NCBI GenBank assembly: GCA_052169645.1
Contig: JBQNCA010000004.1
Coordinates: forward strand, 25,801 to 89,800
From: Anaerovoracaceae bacterium
Lineage (GTDB): Bacteria; Bacillota; Clostridia; Peptostreptococcales; Anaerovoracaceae
Direction of reading: 5' to 3'
Length of the DNA: 64,000 nt
Shown: positions 18,772 to 28,269 of the stretch, piece after piece
Layout of the letters: every line of letters starts with the position of its first letter
Numbering within the stretch: position 1 is the stretch's first letter
The notes under the pieces: model-generated
Database searches by the model: none
The model's input: the letters and a program-made list of their open reading frames with translations, nothing else
What the model was told of the DNA's origin: nothing
Made by a program: the position numbers and the translations under genes

Positions 18772-18789
18772 TTCCATTCTCCCATATCG

Positions 18790-19476
18790 TCAAACAACAC
18801 AGTATTTACTCATATATTCCTCCATAGAAGAGCGCACGGCATCGTCTATATATATCTTTCCGTCTACAGGTGAATTGTGGAGCGTATCCATGACCTCTTT
18901 TACTGAAACGATGGGAAAGGTCTTTATACCGAAGTCTTCTTCAAGCTCCTGAATTGCGGTTTTTTCACCGCTGCCCTTTTCCATGCGGTCTACCGATACC
19001 ACCAGTCCTGCTATGCGGACATCTTTATTCTCCGTCAATATGGGAAGTGTTTCTCTGACAGCGGTTCCCGCCGTGATTACATCCTCGGTTATCAAAACTC
19101 TGTCACCTGCGGTGAGCTTGTGTCCTACCATACTGCCGCCCTCTCCGTGATCTTTTTTTTCCTTGCGGTTGAAGCAGTAGCTCACGTCCATATCAAAATT
19201 TTTTGCCAAAGCTATAGAGGCTGCAACGGCAAGAGGTATTCCCTTATAAGCGGGTCCGAAAAGTACATTAGTATCGGCAGGAATATTTCCGTTCTTTATA
19301 TTTTCATTTATGCATGCCGCATAAAATTCACCGAGCTTGGCTGCCTGCACACCGGTGCGATAATTTCCCGTATTTATAAAGTACTTTGTATTGCGCCCGC
19401 TCTTGGTTACAAAATCTCCGAAAAGCAGAACGTCACTTCTTACCATAAATCTTATAAAATCTTCTTTGTATCCCAT
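18790..19476 (-). CDS. pyrE: orotate phosphoribosyltransferase
   Basis: FGDFVTKSGRNTKYFIN...LITEDVITAGTA PRPP-binding motif. Confidence 0.95.
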   Translation of the reverse strand: MGYKEDFIRFMVRSDVLLFGDFVTKSGRNTKYFINTGNYRTGVQAAKLGEFYAACINENIKNGNIPADTNVLFGPAYKGIPLAVAASIALAKNFDMDVSYCFNRKEKKDHGEGGSMVGHKLTAGDRVLITEDVITAGTAVRETLPILTENKDVRIAGLVVSVDRMEKGSGEKTAIQELEEDFGIKTFPIVSVKEVMDTLHNSPVDGKIYIDDAVRSSMEEYMSKYCVV

Positions 19477-19503
19477 ATGTATATCCTATCCGTTTCTCAG
19501 ACA

Positions 19504-20445
19504 TCAAAGTGAAAATGCATGGCGCAGCTCAGATAAAGTTTCAAAATCATTTTCTTTCATAAATTCTATAAGCTCCTGCTTTATGCGTGGAATCGCAACA
19601 GGATCGACCAACGCTGCCGTACCTATTCCCACGGCGGATGCTCCCGCAGCTATAAATTCAGCCGCATCGCCTCCTGTGGAAATTCCGCCTATTCCTATAA
19701 CCGGAATATTTACAGCTCTCACCGTATCATATACCATGCATAATGCTATCGGCTTTATGGCAGGTCCCGACAAGCCGCCTTTTCTGTTTGCCAAGGTGCA
19801 ACAGCGACGCTTTAAGTCTATATGCATAGCTTTCAGCGTATTGATAAGCGATACGGCATTTGCCCCTTCGGACTCGACCGCCTTTGCGATTTCCGTTATG
19901 TCGCTTACGTTCGGCGTAAGCTTGAGGATAAGCGGCTTTTTCGTATATCGTCTTACCTCTCTCGTAACCTGAGCCGCCATGTGAGGGTCTGTGCCGAAAG
20001 CCATGCCGCCCTCGCTCAGATTCGGACAGGATATATTTATTTCAAGCATAGCAATGCTGTCTATATCGCTGAGACGTTCGACAACCTGAATATAATCATC
20101 GAGACTGTGACCCGCCACATTCACTATTATCTTCGTATCGTAGGTCTGAAGCAGCTTCAATTCGCCGTCTATAAAGGCATCCACTCCCGGATTCTGCAAG
20201 CCGACCGAATTTATCATACCGCCGTATGCTTCCGCTATGCGGGGCGACGGATTTCCTTCCCACGGTATGGGTGCAACTCCCTTGGTAACCGCAGCTCCCA
20301 GCTCATTTATATCGTAAAAAGCTCCGCTTACGGCAGCTGCAAAGGTTCCTGAAGCCGTCATAAGAGGATTGGAAAGATTTACCCCTGCAACTGAGGTGCT
20401 CATGTCGATTCTCATATCTTCAGCTTTTTTATCAGCCTCGTTCAT
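19504..20445 (-). CDS. pyrD: dihydroorotate dehydrogenase B, catalytic subunit
   Basis: NPLMTASGTF...NVAGHS...GGLSGPAIKP...GIGGI pattern. The ATG at 20445 overlaps the pyrK stop (TGATG) and lies 8 nt after AGAGGTG. Confidence 0.95.
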   Translation of the reverse strand: MNEADKKAEDMRIDMSTSVAGVNLSNPLMTASGTFAAAVSGAFYDINELGAAVTKGVAPIPWEGNPSPRIAEAYGGMINSVGLQNPGVDAFIDGELKLLQTYDTKIIVNVAGHSLDDYIQVVERLSDIDSIAMLEINISCPNLSEGGMAFGTDPHMAAQVTREVRRYTKKPLILKLTPNVSDITEIAKAVESEGANAVSLINTLKAMHIDLKRRCCTLANRKGGLSGPAIKPIALCMVYDTVRAVNIPVIGIGGISTGGDAAEFIAAGASAVGIGTAALVDPVAIPRIKQELIEFMKENDFETLSELRHAFSL

Positions 20446-21287
20446 CACCATATCACCTCTTTTCCGTCAAATACAGGTCCGTCATGACAGACTTTCAAAC
20501 GCTCCACCCTTGAACTTCCGTCGGGCAGAGTCTTTCCGACATCGCATACACATCCGACACATGCTCCGTATCCGCAGCCCATGCGTTCCTCCAAAGAAAC
20601 CTGAAGCTCGGCGCCGCCGTCATTTGAAACGACATAGTCCGTAACCGCTGCCAACATGGAACGAGGTCCGCAGGCATAATAGATATCTCCATGTACTTCA
20701 TTGATGCTCATACAATCCGTTACATTTCCTATAAAAGCGGATTCAGTGGGAAGCTCTGTTGTCACATATACTCTGCATCCCAAATCCCGAAAATCCTTTT
20801 CCAGCAGTACATCTTTTTTGAAGCCGAGTACGACCGTAGTGGGAATATGTCGGCTTGCAAGTATGCGTGCCGCAAAGAACAGAGGAGCAGATCCGATTCC
20901 TCCGCCGACAAGTACGACACGGCGGTGCCCACGGCTTTGCGAAGTGTCGCCGTCCTTCGACTCATCGTCCCCCGGCAGCGCAAAGCCGTGTCCCAGCGGC
21001 GATGTTACCTTTACGACATCGCCGGGCACCGCCGTTGACAACACTGCCGTCCCGGCACCTGCGACGGCATAAAGCAGCGTAATCGTTCCGTCCTTGACAT
21101 TCGCATCGCAGATGCTGATCGGACGTGGAAGCAGCATCCTGTCCGATTGGAGATATACGTTTACAAACTGTCCCGGCTCAGCCTCCGCAGCCGCAGCGCT
21201 TCCGACAGCCAATACTGTCTCGTGAATACCCGGTGCAATTTCATCGTTTATCAGCATCTCGGCATCTATAATATGCTTCTCAGCCAT
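20445..21287 (-). CDS. pyrK: dihydroorotate dehydrogenase B, electron-transfer (FAD/2Fe-2S) subunit
   Basis: RPISI...GGGIGSAPL and a C-terminal CGYGACVGCVC cluster motif. Confidence 0.9.
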   Translation of the reverse strand: MAEKHIIDAEMLINDEIAPGIHETVLAVGSAAAAEAEPGQFVNVYLQSDRMLLPRPISICDANVKDGTITLLYAVAGAGTAVLSTAVPGDVVKVTSPLGHGFALPGDDESKDGDTSQSRGHRRVVLVGGGIGSAPLFFAARILASRHIPTTVVLGFKKDVLLEKDFRDLGCRVYVTTELPTESAFIGNVTDCMSINEVHGDIYYACGPRSMLAAVTDYVVSNDGGAELQVSLEERMGCGYGACVGCVCDVGKTLPDGSSRVERLKVCHDGPVFDGKEVIW

Positions 21288-21308
21288 TTATCTTACTCCT
21301 GTACAAAT

Positions 21309-22232
21309 TTACAATTTAATAAATTCAGCTATATCATCTCTCATACGCTCAGCCGCTTCCAATGCACAATCGGCATATTTCAGTTCACTACCGTCAGTGT
21401 ACTTTTTCCATGCAGCAGTTATTCCCCGTGAAGAACTGATTACAGCTCCGGATCCGTTTTTATCAAAAAATCCTGACACGTCCTCCGCATCAGCGCCCTG
21501 AAAACCGTAGCCCGGCACGAGAAAGAAGGTGTGAGGCAGTGCAGCTCTCAAAGTTTCACCTTGTTTTGCATGAGTAGCTCCTACCACGGCTCCTACCTCG
21601 CTGTAACCGTACTTTCCTATCAGCTCGCTTCCCCAATCTGCAATCAGTTTACCCATAGCCTCGTAAACCCTGCGACCGTCTTTCAATATCAGCTCCTGAA
21701 GCTCGCCGCTGCTCGGATTGCTCGTCTTAAGCAGCACAAATATACCCTTGCGACGCTCTTTGCAGGCAGTCAAAAACGGCTTTATACCGTCGGAGCCCAT
21801 GTAAGGATTTACCGTTACGGCATCCTCATGCCATGTATCGACGATATCATTTCCCGCCTTTACTCCTCCGATATGTGCCGCATAGCAGGCAGCCGTTGAC
21901 GAAATATCCCCTCTCTTTATATCGCCTATGACTGTCATCCCCTTTTCAGACGCATATTTGCAGGTTTCATCATAAGCCCTTATCCCGTGCAACCCATATT
22001 TTTCATACATGGCAATCTGCGGTTTAATCGCAGGTACTACAGGATATATGGCATCTATAACATCTGTATTGAATTCCAGAAACATCTCGCATATTGCAGC
22101 CGACATATCCGATGAATCCGATTTTATATATTTATCCCTAAGCTGCTTAGGCATCATTTCCAAGGTCGGATCCAAGCCGACTACCGTAGGATTTTTCTTT
22201 TCGGCTATGCTCTCTATCAATCTGTCTATCAT
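21309..22232 (-). CDS. pyrF: orotidine-5'-phosphate decarboxylase (long, type 2)
   Basis: 307 aa. NPTVVGLDP...GDIKRGDI pattern. ATGA overlap with the pyrC stop. Confidence 0.9.
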   Translation of the reverse strand: MIDRLIESIAEKKNPTVVGLDPTLEMMPKQLRDKYIKSDSSDMSAAICEMFLEFNTDVIDAIYPVVPAIKPQIAMYEKYGLHGIRAYDETCKYASEKGMTVIGDIKRGDISSTAACYAAHIGGVKAGNDIVDTWHEDAVTVNPYMGSDGIKPFLTACKERRKGIFVLLKTSNPSSGELQELILKDGRRVYEAMGKLIADWGSELIGKYGYSEVGAVVGATHAKQGETLRAALPHTFFLVPGYGFQGADAEDVSGFFDKNGSGAVISSSRGITAAWKKYTDGSELKYADCALEAAERMRDDIAEFIKL

Positions 22233-23587
22233 TTTCTTTCCTCATATTCATATATGATATTTCCGGCAGCTATGGTAATACGAACCTTTCCTTTCAGGCT
22301 CATACCGGCAAAAGGAGTATTCTCAGCCTTTGATTCGAAACCATGTTCCGGCACCGTCCATTCATGCTCGGGATCTATGATTGCAATATCCGCTCTTTCC
22401 CCGATTTTTAAAGAACCTCCGCCCTTGCCCAGCAGCTTTGCCGGATTGCTGCTCATAAGCTCAATCAATCTCATAGGCTCAATATTCCCGTTCAACACAA
22501 GCTGAGTATAGCTTGCCGCAAAGCTCGTCTCCAAGCCTATAACTCCGAAAGGTGATTTTTCAAACGAAGCCGATTTTTCATTTATGCTGTGCGGCGCATG
22601 ATCCGTAGCTATCATATCCAGAGTTCCGTCCTCAAGTGCCTTGACGGCAGCCTGTCTGTCAGCTTCCGTGCGCAAAGGAGGATTCATTTTCTTATGAGAA
22701 TCGGCAAGCTCACCGCTCGGAGTTTCTGAAATATTATATGTTTTTTGAACATTTTCAGTTAAATCAACTCTTACAACCTCATCGGTAAGCAGCAGATAAT
22801 GAGGCGCAGTTTCTGCGGTGACTTTTACTCCCCATGATTTTGCCAGACGTATGAGATCCATCGTCCCTGCCGAACTTACATGAGAAATATGTATTCTGCA
22901 CCCTGTTTCCTTTGCCAACAACATATCCCTGACAGCTATGATTTCCTCCGCTTCATGAGGTATGCCTTTTATTCCCAGAGCTTCGGAAATCTTACCTTTA
23001 TTCATCGAGCCTCCGAAAGCCAATTCTCTGCTTTCCGTATGGTCAAATATAGGCATATCAAGGGATTTCGCCAACAGCATACCTTCTCTGAGCTTCAAGG
23101 GGTCATCTACCGAGCGTCCGTCCTCGCTGAAGCCGCATACCCCTGCAGCTTTCAAGGCTGCCATATCGGTGAGGGTTTCGCCATTTTGAGCCATGGTTAT
23201 GCAACCCGACGGCAATACTCTGACACCGTTCGCTTCAGCTGCTTTATTTATAATATATTCAACCGTTTCCACGCTGTCGATAACCGGCGAGGTATTAGGC
23301 ATGCAGCAGACAGTGGTGAATCCTCCCGCAGCAGCAGCACGACAGCCGCTTTCTATGTTTTCTTTATGTTCCTGTCCCGGGTCACGCAGATGAACATGGA
23401 CATCTATTAAACCCGGAACCACCCACAGTCCCGCCGCTTCAATGATACGGTCGCCGTCCTCGACTTCGGATGCTCCGGATTCAAAAATTCCGGCAACGAC
23501 TCCGTTCTCTATCAGAATATCCGCAGGCTTATCAAATCTTTGTGAGGGATCTATGAGTCGTCCCTCCCGAATAATGATTCTGTTCAT
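22229..23587 (-). CDS. pyrC: dihydroorotase
   Basis: PGLIDVHVHLRDPG...ATDHAPH motifs. ATG at 23587 lies 7 nt after AGAGGA (the track ORF opens at a TTG two codons earlier). Confidence 0.9.
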   Translation of the reverse strand: MNRIIIREGRLIDPSQRFDKPADILIENGVVAGIFESGASEVEDGDRIIEAAGLWVVPGLIDVHVHLRDPGQEHKENIESGCRAAAAGGFTTVCCMPNTSPVIDSVETVEYIINKAAEANGVRVLPSGCITMAQNGETLTDMAALKAAGVCGFSEDGRSVDDPLKLREGMLLAKSLDMPIFDHTESRELAFGGSMNKGKISEALGIKGIPHEAEEIIAVRDMLLAKETGCRIHISHVSSAGTMDLIRLAKSWGVKVTAETAPHYLLLTDEVVRVDLTENVQKTYNISETPSGELADSHKKMNPPLRTEADRQAAVKALEDGTLDMIATDHAPHSINEKSASFEKSPFGVIGLETSFAASYTQLVLNGNIEPMRLIELMSSNPAKLLGKGGGSLKIGERADIAIIDPEHEWTVPEHGFESKAENTPFAGMSLKGKVRITIAAGNIIYEYEERK

Positions 23588-23690
23588 AATCAATTCCTCT
23601 GAAAAACACCTATTACATCATCTGTCATTCACAGCATAAATCATTAAAATTACGCTTTTCGCATCGGTTTATAAATTGTCTTACATTTGA

Positions 23691-24119
23691 TTAATATTCT
23701 CTTACGGATACCATTTCATCGCAGTATTCGCAGCGATAAATCTGACGCTTGGCGTCCTGAAGAACAAAGTTGTGGGGTATGCCCTTTTCCGTAGATGTAA
23801 CACATCTCGGATTTTTGCATATGATTACATTTTCTACACGTTTAGGAAGCTCAGGCTTAATTTTTTTCGTAATCATGCGGTTTTCGATTATATTTACGGT
23901 CGCCTCCGGATCCAGCAGTCCTACTATATGCATGTCGATGTCTATGCGATTTTCTATCTTGATAATATCCTTCTTCTCAAACTTCTTGCTGATAGCATTC
24001 ATTATGACCGCTACCGTTTCATGCTCGGTGTCTATCTTGAGATACTTAAGCAATGTCATGGCTCTGCCTGCTCTGATATGGTCTATAACTATACCTTTTT
24101 TTATGCTGTCTATTACCAT
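23691..24119 (-). CDS. pyrI: aspartate carbamoyltransferase regulatory subunit
   Basis: 142 aa. GIVIDHI...C-terminal Zn motif CKNPRC...CEYC. Confidence 0.9.
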   Translation of the reverse strand: MVIDSIKKGIVIDHIRAGRAMTLLKYLKIDTEHETVAVIMNAISKKFEKKDIIKIENRIDIDMHIVGLLDPEATVNIIENRMITKKIKPELPKRVENVIICKNPRCVTSTEKGIPHNFVLQDAKRQIYRCEYCDEMVSVREY

Positions 24120-24131
24120 GAACTTTCCCTC

Positions 24132-25061
24132 CTACCGAACATCTATTCCCAGAAGCTTTGCAACCAGAGCCATCCTCACAAACATGCCTATACGGGTCTG
24201 CTTAAAATAACAGGCACGAGGATCAGTGTCGATTTCCTTTGCAATTTCATTAACACGTGGCAGCGGATGCATGATAATCATATCTTCCTTTGCCGACTGC
24301 ATCTTATTTTCATCCAAAATATAGAAATCCTTAAGTCTTATATAGTCATCTTCATTGAAGAAACGTTCCTTTTGAACACGGGTCATATACAAAACGTCCA
24401 GTTCGGGAAGCACAGCTTCCAGTCTGCTGTATTCCTTATAATCCATGCCGTTCGCCTCTATAACGTGCTTGCGCACATATTCCGGCAATACAAGCTCATC
24501 GGGTGAAATCAAACGCAATTTTATATTGTCATATCTTGAAAGAGCCTTTATAAGAGAATGTACCGTGCGTCCGAATTTTAAATCACCACATATGCCTATG
24601 GTAAAATTGTCATTTTTACCGAGACACTGCCTTATTGTCAACAGGTCGGTCAGTGTCTGGGTTGGATGCTGATGTCCTCCGTCTCCCGCATTTATAACAG
24701 GCAGCTCGGATGCTTCCGCAGCAACCCTTGGCGCACCCTCCTTGGGATGTCTCATTACGATAATATCGGCATAGCAGGAAACCGTCTTTACCGTATCCGA
24801 TATGCTTTCCCCTTTCATACTTGAACTTGATGACGGATCCGAAAAACCCAGTACCTGACCTCCCAGTCTCTGCATCGCTGCAGTGAAGCTCAGTCTGGTT
24901 CTCGTGCTCGGCTCATAAAATAAAGTGGCCATAAGCATTCCGTCGGCGCAGTGTGCATATCTTGCAGGATTTGCCATAATTCGTGTCGCCAGCTCAAATA
25001 TTTCTTCCGTTTCAGCCAAGCTCAAATCCGCAGGCTCCAAGACGCTTTTACCTTTTAACAT
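24132..25061 (-). CDS. pyrB: aspartate carbamoyltransferase catalytic subunit
   Basis: [12 protein letters not shown]...HPTQ...HPLPRV motifs. RBS AAAGGAG. Confidence 0.95.
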   Translation of the reverse strand: MLKGKSVLEPADLSLAETEEIFELATRIMANPARYAHCADGMLMATLFYEPSTRTRLSFTAAMQRLGGQVLGFSDPSSSSSMKGESISDTVKTVSCYADIIVMRHPKEGAPRVAAEASELPVINAGDGGHQHPTQTLTDLLTIRQCLGKNDNFTIGICGDLKFGRTVHSLIKALSRYDNIKLRLISPDELVLPEYVRKHVIEANGMDYKEYSRLEAVLPELDVLYMTRVQKERFFNEDDYIRLKDFYILDENKMQSAKEDMIIMHPLPRVNEIAKEIDTDPRACYFKQTRIGMFVRMALVAKLLGIDVR

Positions 25062-25923
25062 CTTCCGCTCCTTTCATCTGTGCGATACAGTCTTCATCAT
25101 ACTTTATTACTATATGTTGATAAGGAATTTCTATTCCTTCCTTATCGAAAGCAAGCTTTACATCTTCCATAAGCCTGTATTTGCCGATATAATAATTTTC
25201 CGTCCTGCACCATACGAGTGCATCTATGATTACAGCACTGTCGCTATGTTCCGAAACACCGATTACGGGTTCCGGATCGGTCAGAAATATGGGATTTGCT
25301 TCTATTATTTTTTTAATCACGGAACGAGCTTTATCTATATCACTGTCGTAGCCTATGCCGAACTTGCAATCAATTCTGCGCCTGTCAGCTCGGGAATGAT
25401 TTATAACCACATGATTTGCAAGAAGTCCGTTCGGTACAGTTATAATCTGATTGTTGGGAGTCGTGAGAGTGGAATACAACAAATCTATCTGCTTCACCTT
25501 TCCCACGGTATTACCGGTTTCCACCAGTTCTATCAGATCATCCTTTTCAAAGGGTTTGTTGAATATGATGAGAATGCCTCCCGCAAAATTCGACAGCGAA
25601 TCCCTGAGAGCAAGAGCCACAGCCGCTCCGCAAGCACCAAGCACAGTGATAAAGGTCGTGGTGGGAACGCCCATAACTCCGAGAGCCGTGACTATTATCG
25701 TAATCCAGCAAAGCACCTTTATCGTATTCTCTACAAAGGTATAAAGAACCTGATCCATTTGTGTTCTGTCCAAAATCCTGCGTATCACTTTGAGTACAAG
25801 TTTCATGATTATGCATCCGATTAAAATTATCAATGCTGCAAGCATGATCTTTTCCAATACGGATCCGAATAAACCTTGTGATTCTATAAAATTCTCTATA
25901 CTCCGACTGATTTTTTTTACCAT
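25048..25923 (-). CDS. small-conductance mechanosensitive channel (MscS family)
   Basis: Three N-terminal TM helices, then [16 protein letters not shown]...GDLIE beta-domain pattern. The 3' end overlaps the pyrB start by 14 nt. Confidence 0.85.
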   Translation of the reverse strand: MVKKISRSIENFIESQGLFGSVLEKIMLAALIILIGCIIMKLVLKVIRRILDRTQMDQVLYTFVENTIKVLCWITIIVTALGVMGVPTTTFITVLGACGAAVALALRDSLSNFAGGILIIFNKPFEKDDLIELVETGNTVGKVKQIDLLYSTLTTPNNQIITVPNGLLANHVVINHSRADRRRIDCKFGIGYDSDIDKARSVIKKIIEANPIFLTDPEPVIGVSEHSDSAVIIDALVWCRTENYYIGKYRLMEDVKLAFDKEGIEIPYQHIVIKYDEDCIAQMKGAEDVKR

Positions 25924-26165
25924 TATTTTTACCTTTCGTACAAATTCTATTCATATTAGTATACAACAAATATCCCTTCATATAAATACGCAAAACCTTA
26001 TGCTTCAGATATTTTAACTCCCCGCTCCGGATATTTCACAAAGCTCGTATTCACTGACATTGAGATAATTTTACAAAGCTCCGGTTATATTGAAAATAAA
26101 TCAAAAATGGCGTATACTTATGCAGCATAAGCAAGATTTTTACACCTGTTTGCGGAGGGGTTAAC

Positions 26166-26909
26166 ATGCGTACAATAATATGGTTCATAAGAGCTGCTTT
26201 CTATCTTGTCGCTGCGCTGCCGTGCAAGATAAAAGCAACCAAGCTCAGGGACAGCGGTGATTATGCCGCATTCAGAAAATATGTGGACGACAAGGTAAAG
26301 GACTGGGCGAGGAAAATGCTTTCAAATGCGGGAGTCACGGTTGAAGTGCACGGATTGGAAAATCTGACAGGCAGACCTGCCATATTTGTTTCAAATCACC
26401 AAAGCAACTTCGACATCATGCTGCTGCTCGGATATCTTGATTCTCCTCATGGTATTGTTGCGAAAGATTCGCTTTCAAAGGTTCCTTTTATCGGCTTTTG
26501 GATGAATTCCATAGACTGTATTTTCATAGATCGCACCGATTCCCGAAAAGCTCTCAAAACCATGAACGAAGCCGGTAAAACCGTAGTGAACGGCAGATCT
26601 ATAATAATCTTTCCGGAAGGAACACGAAGCCGCAGTGATGAAATGTCGGATTTCAAAGCGGGAGCTTTTAAAACAGCCTTCAAATACAATTTGCCGATTG
26701 TACCTCTTGCTATCGACGGTACATATAAGGTTATGGAGGGCAACAGCGGAAAACGTATAAAACCTGCCCACGTAATTCTCACTGTATTACCGGAGATTGA
26801 AACCGACAGTATAGACAAAGATGCCCAAAAGAGTTTCGGTGACAGAATAAAACAAATTATTCAGGAAGGCAGAGAGTCCACTCGCCGTAAAACAGCCGAA
26901 AGTATGTAA
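26166..26909 (+). CDS. plsC: 1-acyl-sn-glycerol-3-phosphate acyltransferase
   Basis: NHQSNFD (HX4D) and FPEGTRS motifs. Confidence 0.85.
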   Translation: MRTIIWFIRAAFYLVAALPCKIKATKLRDSGDYAAFRKYVDDKVKDWARKMLSNAGVTVEVHGLENLTGRPAIFVSNHQSNFDIMLLLGYLDSPHGIVAKDSLSKVPFIGFWMNSIDCIFIDRTDSRKALKTMNEAGKTVVNGRSIIIFPEGTRSRSDEMSDFKAGAFKTAFKYNLPIVPLAIDGTYKVMEGNSGKRIKPAHVILTVLPEIETDSIDKDAQKSFGDRIKQIIQEGRESTRRKTAESM

Positions 26910-26921
26910 AGGAGATATATC

Positions 26922-27500
26922 GTGATAAAAATAGGATATCAGGGAATCGAAGGCTCCAATGCCGAGCAGGCGGCTAAAGATTTGGTAAAAAAGCTCTCTA
27001 TACAGGATGTAGAATATGTACCTTTGGTGGATTCACATCAAGTTATAAAATCAATGAAAACCGGTGATGTCGACTATGGTGTCTGTGCAGTTTACAACAG
27101 TGTTGCCGGCATGGTATTGGAAACCTTTTTTGCAACAAACGGAGTCGAGCTTTTCATTCGAGGCGAAACTACTATGAATATACATCACTGTCTTTTTAAA
27201 AAATCGCCCGATATTCCGAATAAAAGCTTAAAATTTGTAGCTTCTCACGTGCTCGCCATAAAGCAGTGCGAAAATCATATCCGCTACAGCTATCCCAATC
27301 TTAAACCCATAGAGGTCGAAGATACGGGCAAGGCTGCAAAGGATTTGGCTGACGGAACTCTTACCGATGAATATGCGGTGCTGTGCAGGAAAAATGCGGG
27401 GGAAATGTTCAATCTCTGTCTTATGGATGAAAACATCGAGGATTACAAAGAAAATCGTACACATTTCTGTCTGTTCCGGCTCAAGGATGCAGACGAATAG
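26922..27500 (+). CDS. prephenate dehydratase-like protein (PDT domain only, no ACT domain)
   Basis: IGYQGIEGSNAEQA N-terminus resembles PDT. Near the C-terminus NRTHF replaces the usual TRF motif. GTG start lies 7 nt after AAGGAG. Confidence 0.6.
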   Translation: MIKIGYQGIEGSNAEQAAKDLVKKLSIQDVEYVPLVDSHQVIKSMKTGDVDYGVCAVYNSVAGMVLETFFATNGVELFIRGETTMNIHHCLFKKSPDIPNKSLKFVASHVLAIKQCENHIRYSYPNLKPIEVEDTGKAAKDLADGTLTDEYAVLCRKNAGEMFNLCLMDENIEDYKENRTHFCLFRLKDADE

Positions 27501-27502
27501 AT

Positions 27503-27547
27503 AAAGGTCACGGTTTCCGTAAGGATGCCGTGACCTTTCAAGTTTTA
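27503..27547. terminator. hairpin terminator between convergent genes
   Basis: AAAGGTCACGG-(14 nt)-CCGTGACCTTT, then CAAGTTTTAATTTT. Confidence 0.6.
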
Positions 27548-27590
27548 ATTTTAATTCAAAATTTATACAGCAATTCTTCGCATCCGATTT

Positions 27591-28238
27591 TTATTCACCG
27601 AGCACCCGCTTTATAAACGGATAAACAATTTCCACGAAACTTTTATGATTGCAAAAATTTCTGTCGCTGACCTTGAAGGCTTCATTTTCCAAAGGCCCCG
27701 TACGCACCGTAGGAATGACCGTTATCTGATGCTTAGAGCCTTCGGACAGAGCTTTTAAGTCTTCAATATTGGTGGATACCATATAAATTACTTCTCTTCC
27801 CGGTGCGAACAGGGGGTCGGAATCCACGATATACAGAAAAATATGAGCAAATTCATGGTCGAACCCCGACACCTCTTTATATGTTCCTATCTCGGTAAGG
27901 CGTCCCCGATCCAGTTTTAGTCCCGTTTCTTCTTTCATTTCCCGAATCATAGCCGTTTCAACATCTTCGCCTGCCGATACATGTCCTCCGGATGTCACGT
28001 CATAGCGCCCCGGATTGCTGTGCTTTTCAAAGGAGCGACGCTGCAGATATACGATTATGCCCTGCTCCGTCTTTCTGGCTATCCAGCACTGTACAACCTT
28101 GTGCCACATTCCGTTATAATGTACCGTGGAGCGGGGAAAATCACCTATTACATTCATATTTTCATCATACGCCGTCAACATTTCCTGCGGTTTTTTACGA
28201 CGCCTGATTTTTCTTTTTTCACTGTTATTTTTATACAT
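27591..28238 (-). CDS. NUDIX hydrolase
   Basis: Full Nudix box GGHVSAGEDVETAMIREMKEETGL. ATG at 28238 lies 8 nt after GAAGGAAG (the track ORF opens at an upstream TTG). Confidence 0.8.
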   Translation of the reverse strand: MYKNNSEKRKIRRRKKPQEMLTAYDENMNVIGDFPRSTVHYNGMWHKVVQCWIARKTEQGIIVYLQRRSFEKHSNPGRYDVTSGGHVSAGEDVETAMIREMKEETGLKLDRGRLTEIGTYKEVSGFDHEFAHIFLYIVDSDPLFAPGREVIYMVSTNIEDLKALSEGSKHQITVIPTVRTGPLENEAFKVSDRNFCNHKSFVEIVYPFIKRVLGE

Positions 28239-28269
28239 AATATAGGCTTCCTTCAACTATACAGTCGAA

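Noticed and set aside
17479-18777. A restriction-modification system around the methyltransferase.
   Set aside because: The neighbours are pyrE and cca. No endonuclease-like, specificity or helicase ORF occurs on either strand within 10 kb.
24925-25824. 299-aa plus-strand ORF antisense to mscS and pyrB. Also 23772-24506 (244 aa) antisense to pyrI and pyrB.
   Set aside because: These are shadow ORFs opposite well-supported genes, with low-complexity hydrophobic or aromatic composition.
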